Positions 9,956 to 22,854 of a DNA stretch of 64,000 bases are shown here, piece by piece. Below the pieces are notes generated by a model. It saw only the letters and a list, made by a program, of their open reading frames with translations. It was not told where the DNA came from and did not search any database. The position numbers and the translations under genes were made by a program. Each line of letters starts with the position of its first letter. The first letter of the stretch is position 1. The stretch is from positions 36,644,001-36,708,000 of the forward strand of contig OZ249436.1 in assembly GCA_965235115.1 (NCBI GenBank). Reading direction: 5' to 3'. This stretch comes from Laetmonice hystrix (lineage: Eukaryota).

Positions 9956-12451
9956 CTGTCAGACAGCGAACACGTGCCTCCTGTTGGCGTGTACTGTCGT
10001 ATCAACAGGGCGACCAGGCCTGGGCTCGCAGCTAACATAATACAAGTATCACCCATTAACAGATCAAGTCGACACTGTCCGCCTGACGGCACCAGTCTGC
10101 TGCTACCAGAATCCGTGCATTCCCCGTAAAAACCACCACCAACTCCACAACCACAACACCTAGGTTTATATTGACGATAACAACCACGCCATACGGTTAA
10201 TGTCTTTTAACACAACCCCCCGGAGAAAATACCGTTCCATGAATCCTCAAATCTAAAATTCATCGACGATTTGCGCGGGGAACACCCACAGACCCGACTC
10301 AAGGCCAGCCGGAGGGAAGTGTTGGGGTGGCCTCGCGTGCTGTATGGCTGGGGGCGGTAGTGTTTGAGATCGCCACTTAATACGTTAACATGTTATTCCA
10401 ACACCACCTGCGCCACCTTTCATAAGAAACCGGAGGCGGCATTTGTCGGGCTGCGGAGACGGTGAATACTGCCACCGGCCAGCATCATCTGGCTGAGGGT
10501 AACTGTGGGTCTTTCTGACATCACACCCTCACACAACACCACGCCGCCATCCAACCAACGGTGAAATATTGACTCGCACTCAAGTGTTGCGATTTATGTC
10601 AATTTAGCATCAGACTGTTGAAGTTTTTATAGTCCAAAGAAAGGCGATGATTGGTGTAACGAATGCCTGTGATCCTAGACTCAAAGTCGTGTTGAGTTAG
10701 CCGATGAATGCCAAAACCGACGATTCAATCCAGAGTACAATCGCATACTCGCGACGTTTGCAACGCTGAGCTTTTTCACACGCACGTGTGGCCAGGAACA
10801 GTGCCTCAAAGAGATACTTCACCAAATTCAAAGTTTCTTGGCACTGATCGTAATATCCACCAGACATGCCAGCCACCAATTTTGCCCCGCAGATAATCCT
10901 GGTGATCGTATTTTTACGCCATAGCTTTAAAATTTAACGAGGAAACATGTAATTTACACTCGAGTATTTTCCAACCTCTGCCTTCATAAGAACATAATAT
11001 TTACTACAGCCTCGTGAATAGACATCCTCCTTTATTTGATAGGTCACAATTTACTGTCTGGCGATTTCAAGTAAACTATGAGACAGTCGTAAATGACTTT
11101 CGCTGGCTGAGGTAACCTTTTGAAGGAAAGTGACTGAAAGAGGAAAAAGTTGCCAACGGTCAGAGGAGCCCGTTGACGAGATTGTTTAGGATGCTCCTAA
11201 GCTACCCAAGAGACCGGTGAGGGGCTGGGTGAGGGCGATTGTTAGTAACCAGGTACAGGCAGGGTGTGTCGGGATAAACAAAGGTGTTATGTGGGTGTTG
11301 TCAGTTGTGATGATACCAGGACGGTCGCCGCCGGGGCTGGCGGCCGGTCAGCGGACTTTGTCGTGCTTTGTCTCAGTAGATCACCATGTGCATGTTTGTA
11401 TACAGCTGGCAGCCATGGTAACCCTGTGGGGCTCCGCCCGCCCCTGGAGGGAGCTGGGACATTAACTATGCCTCTGACCTATAGCTGTGATGCTGAAACA
11501 ACAGCTGTGGTATAGGTGTGTTTCAGACTAGGTCTTGTTGTGGCGCAAACCCATACCCGTGGCTATGACGTTGTAAGGGCGACACTAACACTAACAGACA
11601 GCAGTGTGAGTTACCGCCTCTCACCGGCACTTTCCAGGTACCCGCCGCGCACCTTGGCTCGTACCTGGAATAACCCCCCCCCCCCTCCTTCCTCACATCA
11701 TCTCATTCTCTCAACCCCAGTCTCCGGGTTGGCTGGTCAACTGCTGATACCAGGTGTCAAACTATAAGTGGAAATACACAGTGATGGCTTAAATATGTTT
11801 CTGAGCGGCTTTCCTTGGGTTCCAAATGCAAGGTTTCTGCAGTAGATATGAATTTAAAACATCATAAGATCGAGTGGTTGGTATCCACTCAGCCCTTGAT
11901 ATTAAGTAGAAAAACAACTACTACCATCAGGGAGATTTTGATTGATGCATCAGTACAAAAGCTCCTAGTATGTTTTAGAGAGACTTTTTGTAACATTTCA
12001 CTTAACTGATTATCGTAGATAAATAATCGAAAGATCACAAGTGACTTTTTCTATCAGTTTTTTTAGGCACTGCGATTCGTAAATTCATAGCATGGATGAA
12101 GGCCACTGGAAATCAGTGGGGTTTCAGTACTTTATGTGAGGGAGGTAGTTAAAAGTCATCTAACATGTGTACAGGCAGTAGATATACCCAGCCTCATCAA
12201 AAATAGGTTTATGTCGGGACCTGGTATACCTTTAATGGGTATTGACATTAGTGTTACCGTCTTTATGGGTGTGGGTGAGTGGTTCTTTACTTTTACACTG
12301 CAAGCCCTTATGTGTTGTTGAGATCGAACAATTAAGACAATAGTTCGATCTCCTGTCCTTGTGCAGTACGTTGAGAAGGCATAGTCTGCTGAAGCAAAAC
12401 GTCGTAAACGATTTTACCTTGATCAGGGCATTTCTAAGGTATCTTGTCCTT

Positions 12452-13063
12452 CGGGACGTCAGTGGCATCTCATGTCCTTGTTCAGGGCATTATAAACACA
12501 CTATGTCCTTGTTCGGGACGTTATGGGCATCTCATGTCGTAGCTTGTTCAGGACGTTTTCTTGTTCATGACGTTATGGGCATCTCATGTCCTTGTTCTGG
12601 ACGTTATGGGCATCTCGTGTCCTTGTTCATGACGGTATGGGCATCCCATGTCCTTGTTCGGGATGTTATGGGCATCTCATGGACTTGTTCAGGACGTTAT
12701 GCGCATCTCATGTCCTAGCTTGTTCAGGACGTTATGGGCATCCCATGTCCTTGTTCGGGATGTTATGGGCATCTCATGAACTTGTTCAGGACGTTATGCG
12801 CATCTCATGTCCTAGCTTGTTCAGGACGTTATGGGCATCTCATGTCCTTGTTCAGGACGTTATGGGCATCTCATGTCCTTGTTCAGGACGTTATGGGCAT
12901 TTCATGTCCTAGCTTGTTCAGGACGTGATGGGCATCTCATGTCATTGTTCATGACGTTATAGGCATCCCATGTCCTTGTTCAGGACGTTATAGGCATTTC
13001 ATGTCCTAGCTTGTTCCGGACGCTATGGGCATCTCATGTCCTTGTTCAGGACGTTATGGGCAT
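12452..13063. repeat. 31-bp (35-bp variant) tandem repeat CAGGACGTTATGGGCATCTCATGTCCTTGTT
   Basis: Roughly 19 copies, bracketed by a 71-bp direct repeat (12315-12385, 13069-13139). Confidence 0.95.
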
Positions 13064-15185
13064 TCAGATTGTTGAGATCGAACAATTATGACAATAGTTT
13101 GATCTCCTGTCCTTGTGCAGGACGTTGAGAAGGTATAGTTGTTAGATCAACTTGTCTTTACGCCGAACCTTTAGAAGGTATGTAGTCCTTGTGCATGATG
13201 TTGTTGAGGCATACTGTGCCTCTCCAGGATGGTGTGGTACGTCTCTGTACAGGATGTTGCTAGAGTCGTCCTGGCGAAAGGACGTCGGGTCAAAGGTCAT
13301 ATGATTGACCTGGTATACTTCGGCCGCCTGATGTCCAGATTAGAGTGACAAGGTTATAATATGGGTGGACATTGGTTGACCTGCGGCAGACCAGACGATG
13401 TGATCAGGGTATGGATAGGGAACGATATACTGGGTGACGATATATCGCCATCACTCTACTCAACGAGACTAGACAGAACTATAGTCTCCACCACAGCCAG
13501 GGATGTGGGCTGTGCTCATTACTGTAATGGTGAGGGCGCACTCGTCTATAATGATGCCGAGTAGGCTACATGGTAACTCCGGAAAAAAAATGAAGATTTC
13601 CTTAGCTTCGGTGCGTGTCAGGCAAATTTAAAAAGGAGTTGTCTGGGCGATCGTTGGGGAAGAGCAGTGGTGAGCTTTGAAGCTGGTGAGACCCGGTTGG
13701 TGGTGCCTGCCGGTCTAGTCTGGTCTGGTTTGAACTCTAAATCGACGTGTTTTGGTGTCACCATGCCGTGAAGTTGGATGCGGTGAGCTCGGGAGTAAAG
13801 CCGCCCAACAGGGTGTCTTCGCGGATTCCCGTTAGGTCAGCCAGTGTTTTCTGTTTCATTCCTTGATAGCTAACTCTTGTTTTTGGTGCTTGGGGTTTTA
13901 TGACGTCACGGGTGACGTCAAATGTCCGTGTCATACGAGCACCTGTATTGACCAGCACATTCGATGGAAACGAAGAAGTATAGTGTTTTCTCATAGTCAC
14001 TCAAATCATGCTTTGAAGAAAAACATCCTGTCATTCTTTTTCTGGATAAGATCTATTTAGGATTCGGAAGCAGCGGGAAAAAAACTTTAACGGGACTTAG
14101 GGTGTGAATAAGTAAAAGTGAAGAATAATAACCGTTTTAATGTGCTACACGATTAAATGCATTTGTCCAAGAATAGTCCCACATTGATAGAAGGTTTAGT
14201 GAAGGGAATCTTGTTCATACGATTTCCAATTCCATGAAGGGATGTATGCCCGTTAATAAAGGTTTCCTTTCAGAGGTGGCGCCAGTGTTTCCTGATCAGT
14301 CCACAGACGTTTCAGCAGAGGGTGTAGGTAGTTTCAGATGGAAGGAAGTTTCCTACGGCTATCTGTGACTGCTTGTCGTATCTGGTGGTTTTGAGTGGGG
14401 AATACTAAAGAAGCACGAGCTGGTTTTTCCTCCAGCACCAGGAAACGAAGGACGACGGGAGGCTTGACGTTGTACACAGTATGCATGATGAGAAAAAGAT
14501 GATTAAGATCAACGTCTCTGTCGCTTGTGTTGCTGTAACTGTACATCATTTCACTTTAATGATGCTTCTGGCTACAGAACTTTAGGAAAAGTTTTGGTGA
14601 GTTATGAGGCACAAAAAAATGCAAACGATGAGGAGTTACTCGTCTAATGTAGAGAAAAGCTCTAAAGCTTCTCAAGCCTCCCACGCACCTGGCTAAAACC
14701 AGCTTTAGTCCTCAAGCAGCTCAGCGGCGACCTTAATCTATACGGCCATTAGACATGATCCTAGGACTGCTCCTCTAGCTATAACCCACCTCATCACTGT
14801 CAGTGGTCGAGACTCGACACTAAACGTCAATAGGCCGGGTCAGTGTGCACTGACTCGACTATCCATAGACACTAGCCGTGGAGGGCGCAGCTGGTGCTTG
14901 CAGAGACAATCGACAGTCGATTCCTGACCAGACACAACAATAGCATTCGGTTTGAGACAGAGAGAAGCTCGGATTCGAGGCAGTCAGTAGCACGTTCCCA
15001 CTGAGATACAACAATAGCATTCGCTACATGGGGAAGATCTGATTCATTGTACCAGTTTCAGAAGCGCCTCCGTCCTCCAATGGAAATCATATGATGAAAG
15101 AGAAAATGGACCGAAATATTAAAAATCGCCCTATATTGATTTTGTTGGACGTATATTCTGAGGGATTCCACTGTACGTGTTTCAG

Positions 15186-15358
15186 GGGTACGGATGTTGG
15201 ATGGGGACGTTACGGATGCCGTAGAGGCACAGTCTCTCAGCCTCAACCCGCAGCATATCGACATCTACAGCGCCTCCTGGGGTCCTGATGACGACGGTCG
15301 GACTGTCGACGGGCCAGCCGTGCTCGCCAAGCGAGCCTTCCTGCAGGGAATTACCAAG
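15186..15358 (+). CDS. FURIN: Furin-like proprotein convertase, catalytic-domain exon
   Basis: ttcag|..VRMLDGDVTDAVEAQSLSLNPQHIDIYSASWGPDDDGRTVDGP..ITK|gtattt; 173 bp. Confidence 0.95.
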
Positions 15359-15653
15359 GTATTTAATGGTCACCTACCGTGGCACGTTTATTGGCCGGGG
15401 AGGGTAGGGGTGTCACCTACACCAGATACTGAGATAAGATCGTAGGGAGTTACAGAAAGGTGATTAAAAGTAAGCTGTCATTATGGCAGTCACCGCTCGC
15501 ACTCCTCTGTCCATTACTCAGCCATTATGCCATCAGATGAATTTTAGATTGTATTAGGAGCCATTACTGATAAATGATTCCGTAACGGCGACAATCCAGC
15601 GGCGAAAGTCTGCCTGATCCTCATGTTAAAGTTAAGCGTCTCTCAAACTTCAG

Positions 15654-15866
15654 GGGAGAGGCGGGAAAGGCTCGGTTTTCGTCTGGGCCTCGGGTAACGG
15701 AGGCCGGGACGGCGACTCGTGTAACTGTGATGGCTACACGAACAGTATCTACACTCTGTCCATCTCGAGCGCCACTGAGAATGGTAACATACCGTGGTAC
15801 TCGGAGGCCTGCTCGTCTACACTGGCCACTACCTACAGTAGTGGTTCTGGCGGCGAGAGACAAATC
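15654..15866 (+). CDS. FURIN: Furin-like exon (oxyanion-hole Asn)
   Basis: cag|[34 protein letters not shown]...ERQI|gtgagt; 213 bp. Confidence 0.95.
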
Positions 15867-16053
15867 GTGAGTATAACTCGCACGCAATCCTCATTGATGC
15901 CAACCCAGCCTGCCACTATTTGTCAAGGTCGTTCTTGTGCTGATGTAAATGGGAGTTTTTAGACAATCGTCGGTGTAACTGATGAAGCCCAAAAGAGTAA
16001 AACAGAATACAATTGACGAGATGTTAATCCAAATGTCTGAAAATGCATTCCAG

Positions 16054-16154
16054 GTGACAACTGATCTACGGAAGGGGTGCACGGAGACACATACGGGCAC
16101 CTCTGCTTCAGCGCCCCTGGCGGCAGGAATTTGTGCATTGGCACTACAGTCAAA
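16054..16154 (+). CDS. FURIN: Furin-like exon (catalytic Ser)
   Basis: cag|[33 protein letters not shown]|gtaagt; 101 bp. Confidence 0.95.
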
Positions 16155-16651
16155 GTAAGTCTCGAAGGCGGTGTATGAAAAGGAGGTATTCGGGGAGCAT
16201 TCTGGCATGCTGGTGTTAGAAATTAAGTACGGTAACTGAGGAGTCGTTTTAGTGATTAATGACATGAGATTAAGTATTTAAAAGAGAGGCCTCTCATATG
16301 CCAGATCAGACAGATTAGGCGATTGGGAAAAGAAATGTTGAAAATGTGACTGATCTTTCTGCACTTGAGCTCTTCATTTTGTAACCAGCAGTATGCCGCC
16401 AGTCGGCAGCACCAACTTGCTTTGGGCCATGGATCAATCTTAATACAATTTTTCTATAAATAAATCTGTTACTGGCTACAAAAATGCAGGTATTCTGGAA
16501 TGTGTATGTAAAAGATTAACTTTGGTAATGGTCCTCTATGCATCAACACGTAGCTATGCACTGAATGACAAAATAGAGACACAAAAATGATCGGTCAGAA
16601 AGGTCGGTATAGCCTGGAGGTGTGATTTACATGTGTGTGAATGTGCTTCAG

Positions 16652-16755
16652 GATGGATATGACATGGCGTGACATGCAGCACATAGTCGTCATGACTGCT
16701 CGACTTGGTAACCTCAAGGCGTCTGACTGGGTCACCAACGGCGTCGGTAGAAGAG
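16652..16755 (+). CDS. FURIN: Furin-like exon
   Basis: cag|(K)MDMTWRDMQHIVVMTARLGNLKASDWVTNGVGRR|gttagt; 104 bp. Confidence 0.93.
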
Positions 16756-17407
16756 GTTAGTCACCGTCTTACCGCCCGGCACGCGTTTTATATCTGACTT
16801 TTACAACAACTGTCGGTATGGAATACAGAGTAGCAAGTAGCAAGAGACGAATTGGTTTTCTGTCAAAGAAATGATAGAAGTTTGCTTGTTTTTTAAGATC
16901 GCTGAAGGCCCCAAGGTGTCTTGAGTCTATGTACATGTAGTTTGCTTGCTTAGTGAGTTGTACGAGACAACCTTGTGGAAACCAGACGTTTAGAAACACA
17001 TTGAAGGTGTTGTGTGTGAGAACTTAGGAAGACAAATCACTTTCACCACCAGTCGATGTAACCAGACATGTTCACGTACAGTGTACAACGGTGTGCATAA
17101 TTCATATCGTCTCTGATTTTGCACTGATTACACCTTGAGTTTTATGTAGTGTTTGGAATTGCAATGAATTCTGCCATTTGACGGATAGTTTTTGGCTCAT
17201 TATGTCTACTTGCATCAATCATTAATTATAATTTGATAATAATTGTGTCGATGCAGATTTCTAGAAAGTGCACAATGTTGGGGTCATACAATTTCTCATT
17301 AAGTAGTAAGACGAGTGACCGAGTACAGAGTGAAATATACTGGATGTATCTGACTGCTTTGACCTTACATCTACGTAATAAATGATCCACTCGATGCTTT
17401 CTTACAG

Positions 17408-17525
17408 TGAGTCACTCGTTTGGTTATGGCCTCATGGATGCTACAGCTATGGTGGAGCTGGGCCGTAACTGGACAAATGTGCCTGAACAGCACAAGTGTA
17501 CGATCAAGTACCAAGGACCAGCAAG
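17408..17525 (+). CDS. FURIN: Furin-like exon
   Basis: cag|(V)SHSFGYGLMDATAMVELGRNWTNVPEQHKC..|gtcagt; 118 bp. Confidence 0.93.
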
Positions 17526-17798
17526 GTCAGTATGTCGTCCTTGATATGCAAGCCGCAACATTCCATGATTCCTGCTGAGAAAAAATACAGCTTGCTCTTT
17601 CCATGGAGCCCTATTATCAACCTGCAATCCGTTTTTTAAGTCTCTATATAATTATATAATGTTTAGTTCAAGATGTTATATATATTAGTCAGCAAATCTC
17701 AACACAAATTTCCTTTGGTATACGTAAGGTGTGTTTAACTCTTTAAACTTCTAAGAACATTGAAAATTTGAACATGCTATCCTTGTATGTTATTGCAG

Positions 17799-18103
17799 GA
17801 CGATACCGTTGCGGAGTAAAATCAAGGTTTATCTAGACAGCGACGGCTGCCAGTACTCGCCCAAGAACAAGGTTATATATTTGGAACACGTGCAGGCGTA
17901 TATAACTCTGTCATCAAGTCGGAGGGGTGAGGTACAAATCTTCCTTACGTCCCCACACGGCACCAAATCAACCCTACTCCAGCGACGAGCTCGGGACACG
18001 TCGACGGAGGGTTTCAGTGACTGGGCCTTCATGACTACACACAACTGGGGCGAGACGTCCAAGGGTCGCTGGACCCTTACCATAGAGAATGGCGACAGTC
18101 GCT
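17799..18103 (+). CDS. FURIN: Furin-like P-domain exon
   Basis: cag|TIPLRSK..LEHVQ..RRGEVQIFLTSP.GT..WAFMTTHNWGE..GRWTLTIENGDSR|gtaagt; 305 bp, ends in phase 1. Confidence 0.93.
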
Positions 18104-19231
18104 GTAAGTATCAACATCCCACCTCATCACACGTAGTCGATATCTTAAATGTAATGTCCAGATTGACGATGTGTCGGGTTAAACTTGCTATAAACTGAAT
18201 GAATCTTTCAGTCAAAGTGCAGAGACATTTTTACACTTTTCGACAAATCTTTTTAAACTTTTGCACCAGGATAATGCTTCAGTTGCCACTGGAGACTTAG
18301 TGATGGCAAAAAGGTCCAACTAAACAGTAGGCTGTACGCTTACACGTAGCGCCATTCCACCTTTCCACATGACTAGCGAGTTAGTCATGTGGAGATCATT
18401 ATATTTTTATCCTTGACAGCTTAGACGACTAAAGCAAACATCTTCCATGCACCAAGCCCTTAACCATTGAAGCTGGTTTTAGATGGTGTTTAATTACATA
18501 TGGACGGGCTGAAATTCAACTGCCAGAAGGTAGACTGCGGGTGGTGGTTTGAGGCCACTGTTATCTGCTGTTGTGACACAAGGTGGCGCCACTAAGCAGA
18601 TTCGAATGCCACCTGGCGGTGACGTGGTTCCTGTACGAAACCCGTCGGGGTTGTCTGGGTGGGCGTCCCATCGCGCGTTCAGTGTAGCTTTGCCGACAAG
18701 TCCTCTTCATTTAGCACGCACCAAAGGCTGCTGCTCCTACACCTGTCACTCTATCACAATGTCGCTGAACACAGCTTTGCCAACAAATACAACACTTGAG
18801 GAAAATTGATTTGAAAACTCTGGGATGCAATCTGTCTCCCAGAAATGGGCAGTGTAGCTCTTTAGGTGACGGCGAAGTAATGAAGCTCGAATCGAAACAG
18901 AAATCTTTATGTCATGTTTTGTCAGTAACAGTAATACAACTCCAAGGAACACACAAAAATGAAAAAATAAATCGGGAGGGAGCTTAGGATGCTGACTGTA
19001 TCAAGGCATCGGGGTCGGAAATCTGATGGTTAAAAATGTCTTTTGGTGTGATTGATGTAGTTGAAGATTTTGTAGATACCTTGAAGTGTTGGCATTGGTG
19101 TGCTAGTTGATACAGTTGTGTGCTGACTTGTGCCAAATCAAACTTTGTAGCCGTGTGCCTGATGCCCTGGTGTGAGGAACCTTTGGGCTGGGTTGACTAC
19201 TAACGTGTTGTGTTTCTCTGCCTTTTTTCAG

Positions 19232-19632
19232 TCGGCCCTGCTCGCTTGCGAGATTGGAGCCTTGTCATGTATGGCACAGATCGCCATCCATACAACCCCA
19301 CCACCACTACCACAACCACCACCACTACCACCACCACAACCCCAAAACCCACCACCACCCTGTCCAATCACCACCTTCGCTCTGCCCATAGAGGGCGTTA
19401 CCGCCCGACCCGACCCCCACGCGCCAAAAGTTTGCCCTCCGCACGCGTCGTCAAAATGGGGCCGTGTAAACGGCCCACAACCCCGATCTTTCTGCCCACC
19501 ATTAAACTGGTCACCCAGTCCCGTACAACCAGTGCTGTAACAACTAGCACTGCGACCACGCTGAGACCCTCCTCTACGTCCACAGGCAAGACTTACCCCC
19601 CTTTCTTAGTCCTAAGTGAGCCCTGGCTATAG
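19232..19632 (+). CDS. FURIN: Furin alternative exon A: end of P domain + Thr/Pro-rich mucin-like tail (possible internal GC donor after 19585)
   Basis: ttttttcag| phase-1 acceptor; GPARLRDWSLVMYGTDRHP then poly-Thr; stop at 19632. Confidence 0.82.
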
Positions 19633-21262
19633 CCTACCTCAGCCGATATGGGGTGTTCGTCAGGATACAACGGGGCCACTACTCCTCTGAAAATGGCCAG
19701 GCCAGGCAGCAACAAGTGACGGTGTTTTTAAATTTGGGGACAATTGGCTTTTGATTTGGCGGTCAGCTCCAAAACAAATGTAATGAAATATTTCGAATTG
19801 ATCAGGATAAAAATCTTGAAATGGAATTGATTTTTTTTTTTCACTTTGGTGTGTGCCATCGATCAGACAACAAAATTGAGTGCCCACTTCCTTTTTTTAG
19901 GAGATTTTTCGAAAGAAATTTCTTGAATTGACAATGTTGTCAAACCTTGGAGCCACGTTGGCACGCCATAACCCGGTTTCTATGGGAATGGAGTGAAGAA
20001 TTTTCAAGTTGCTGCCACAAGCCTGGTCAGGGTGAAGTGGTGGCCTGCGATGATATGCTGCAAGTGTTGCATGTTTCAACTGACTGCATGAATGTCTCGC
20101 TTACTGCTAACAACCCCAACCCAAACTGTATGCAAAAACTAACCCTAAACAATGTGAGTCTGCTCAGTCGAGGACTTTTGGCTGACCAGGCCTCTGAATG
20201 CATGGGAATGATACATGCCTTGACCGCTCCATGTTGGAGGAGCTATGGCGGGCACCTGTTGTAGCATGCGGCAAACTTTCGGGCATGTCACAATGGTGGG
20301 AATCCTATAGGGGGCGCCACAAGGACTCCTCGAAAAGCGCTCATTGATTTCCAGTTTGAATATGATTCCTTTTTTGAGATGAACTTTGTATCATTTCCTC
20401 ACAACTTGATATAGTTTTGTCTAACATTTAGGTCATCTAGGTTCAACTCCTGTTTGTCTTGACATGCCATATTAAATATACTCTCTAAACCCTATTCTTG
20501 GAGATGGCCGATTTGATGAAGGTATCAGTATTTTACCTCAGTTATACTTAGGAGGTAGCATGTCATCAGTATCAAATGTGAAATATTGTTTTTCCTCTGT
20601 ATCTCTTTTTTCACTTGCCATTCACATATTACTGTACAAGACCACATTTCTTTTCTCATATTATACCTCCTAAAATTAACTTATTTTATCCTGAACGGAT
20701 ATTTGGCTCTGATTTTACTCTTACCTAGTTGTCTTCAGGATAAAATGGTTAACTCCATGTTGACCCTCCCACCAGTGGCCATGCTGCCCATGTGCATGTC
20801 AAGTGTTGTAACCACACGCTAGGTGGAGCCGCAAGCATGTATAGTTTCTCATTTGACCTCCAGGTGATAGATGAACGATGGGCCAATGGTGCACACTAAT
20901 AGATGACATTTTGCCTTCTTTGTTTAATGTGGATTTCAGTGCTTTGCAGAGCCGTATGGACGTCGTGTGCATGTTTTGTCACTTGGTGATTATGTTCCAG
21001 TGGTAGTCGTCGAGTCAGTGTCCGTGTGCTAGCCGTGTGTTGTCAGAAACGCCGTGTATCGATAGAGTCGGCATTGTCAAGTCATTCATTCATTCATTCA
21101 TTCACAGTTCAGTTTGCGTGACATGGAAGCTAGAGAGTTACCTGTATAACAAATACTAAAAAAACAGTTTTGGCAAAGGGGCCTACGTATTGCTGCTTCT
21201 TGCAACCTTTCTCAATAAATTCTTGCTTTTAATGTTAGGACATCCCACTCTGTTTCGATACT

Positions 21263-21724
21263 TCTAATATCTCCCCGAAAGCTTTGAGCCAGTCTTAGAC
21301 GTTAGTCTGGTCTAATATCTCACCGAAAGCTTTGAGCCAGTCTTAGACTTGAGTTAGTCTGGTCTAATATCTCACCGAACGCTTTGAGCCAGTCTTAGAC
21401 TTGAGTTAGTCTGATCTAATATCTTACCGAACGCTTTGAGCCAGTCTTAGACTTGAGTTAGTCTGATCTAATATCTTACCGAACGCTTTGAGCCAGTCTT
21501 AGACTCGAGTTAGTCTGGTCTAATATCTCACCGAACGCTTTGAGCCAGTCTTAGACTTGAGTTAGTCTGATCTAATATCTTACCGAACGCTTTGAGCCAG
21601 TCTTAGACTTGAGTTAGTCTGATCTAATATCTTACCGAACGCTTTGAGCCAGTCTTAGACTTGAGTTAGTCTGGTCTAATATCTCACCGAACGCTTTGAG
21701 CCAGTCTTAGACTTGGGTCAGTCT
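21263..21724. repeat. 52-bp tandem repeat (about 9 copies)
   Basis: TCTAATATCTCACCGAACGCTTTGAGCCAGTCTTAGACTTGAGTTAGTCTGG; units start at 21311, 21363, 21415... Confidence 0.95.
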
Positions 21725-22615
21725 AATGTGTCTATTGTGACAGATCAGGGTTTCGGAGATAACGATAATGTGTGGTAGGCTCGTGGTAGGCTCATCTAAT
21801 AAACAGAACAATCTGGTATTTACGTTGATTGGCATGTTGTGTTTACAATTTTTATTAAAGTTATGGGAATTGGTACTGCAGAATGAGAGCTCACATGTAG
21901 TAGCAGTACTTCACTGATATGCCAGTGTTCTTACTGGGATATCATAAACCAAAATAGCCATTATATACATTTAAGGAAATAACGTTAAAAAAAGTCCAAA
22001 TTACTCGGCTGCCTCGGAGTTTATCATCTGAACTTAAGGATGGGAACTGAAAAAACAACTATATGTATGATCACTAAACATATTTTGCAGCTAATATCGA
22101 TAAAAAAAAATCCTGGTTTACCCGGACTTTGCTTTAGATCCGAACGTTTCTTGATGTTTGTGCTGTACAGTACAGTTGTACATTTAAGGTTGTCGTTAAT
22201 GATGCAGCATGCAGTGTTTGCTCTATTACATGTCAGCTATATGTTGTACTAGATGTTTTGTCTATTTTATGATTAATTCCTTTTAGAGCCAGTATAGAAA
22301 TAACTCCAGTAAAAAAGGGGAAGGCATACGTATATTTTTCCAGTAATAAACTAACTTCAATCTTAAACAATTGCCTTCAGATATAATAAAAATCTGTAGT
22401 TATTCACATTGCATTTCGTATGGTTGTTTACTTATAGACTACCTCTAACAGTTTATAATATAGCACCTGTTCCCAGCGTAACCGACTGGCGGTGTAGTTT
22501 TGCTCTCTGTGAATGGAAAGCCTGAATTAACGGATGCGTCGACTTGATGTGGACATTTGTTGCTGATTGATTGTTATTCGTGTCTGACCATTGTCTTGGT
22601 TTGGTTGTCTTACAG

Positions 22616-22854
22616 CCCACCTGCAGGCGTGGTCTCTGGTCATGTACGGGACGGCGACTCATCCCCAGGCGGGGGTCAAGCACCAGCCAGGTCAGGCGGG
22701 CGGCCACTCCAAGACGCCAGGTATGCCCCCCGAGTATGCGAGCGCTGCCGTGCCCAGCACCGCCTCGCCAACCACACTGGTGGTTGTTGTCACACTGCTA
22801 GTGACTAGCTGGCTAGGCGCACACCTAGCCCCTCCCTCACCTCCCTTATCATGA
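22616..22854 (+). CDS. FURIN: Furin alternative exon B: end of P domain + hydrophobic C-terminus (internal donor after 22720)
   Basis: tcttacag| phase-1 acceptor; HLQAWSLVMYGTATHP; CAG|GTATGC phase-1 donor at 22720; read-through gives TLVVVVTLLVTSWLGAHLAPPSPPLS*. Confidence 0.85.

Noticed and set aside
12359..12928. Repetitive ORFs, and CRISPR-like appearance of the 31-bp array (also the 52-bp array at 21.3 kb)
   Set aside because: Head-to-tail tandem repeats without unique spacers; eukaryotic context; no cas genes
15979..16008. CTGATGAAGCCCAAAAGAGTAAAAC resembling a minimal hammerhead ribozyme in a furin intron
   Set aside because: GAAA core is TAAA, stem II pairs poorly, no stem I/III or cleavage triplet found
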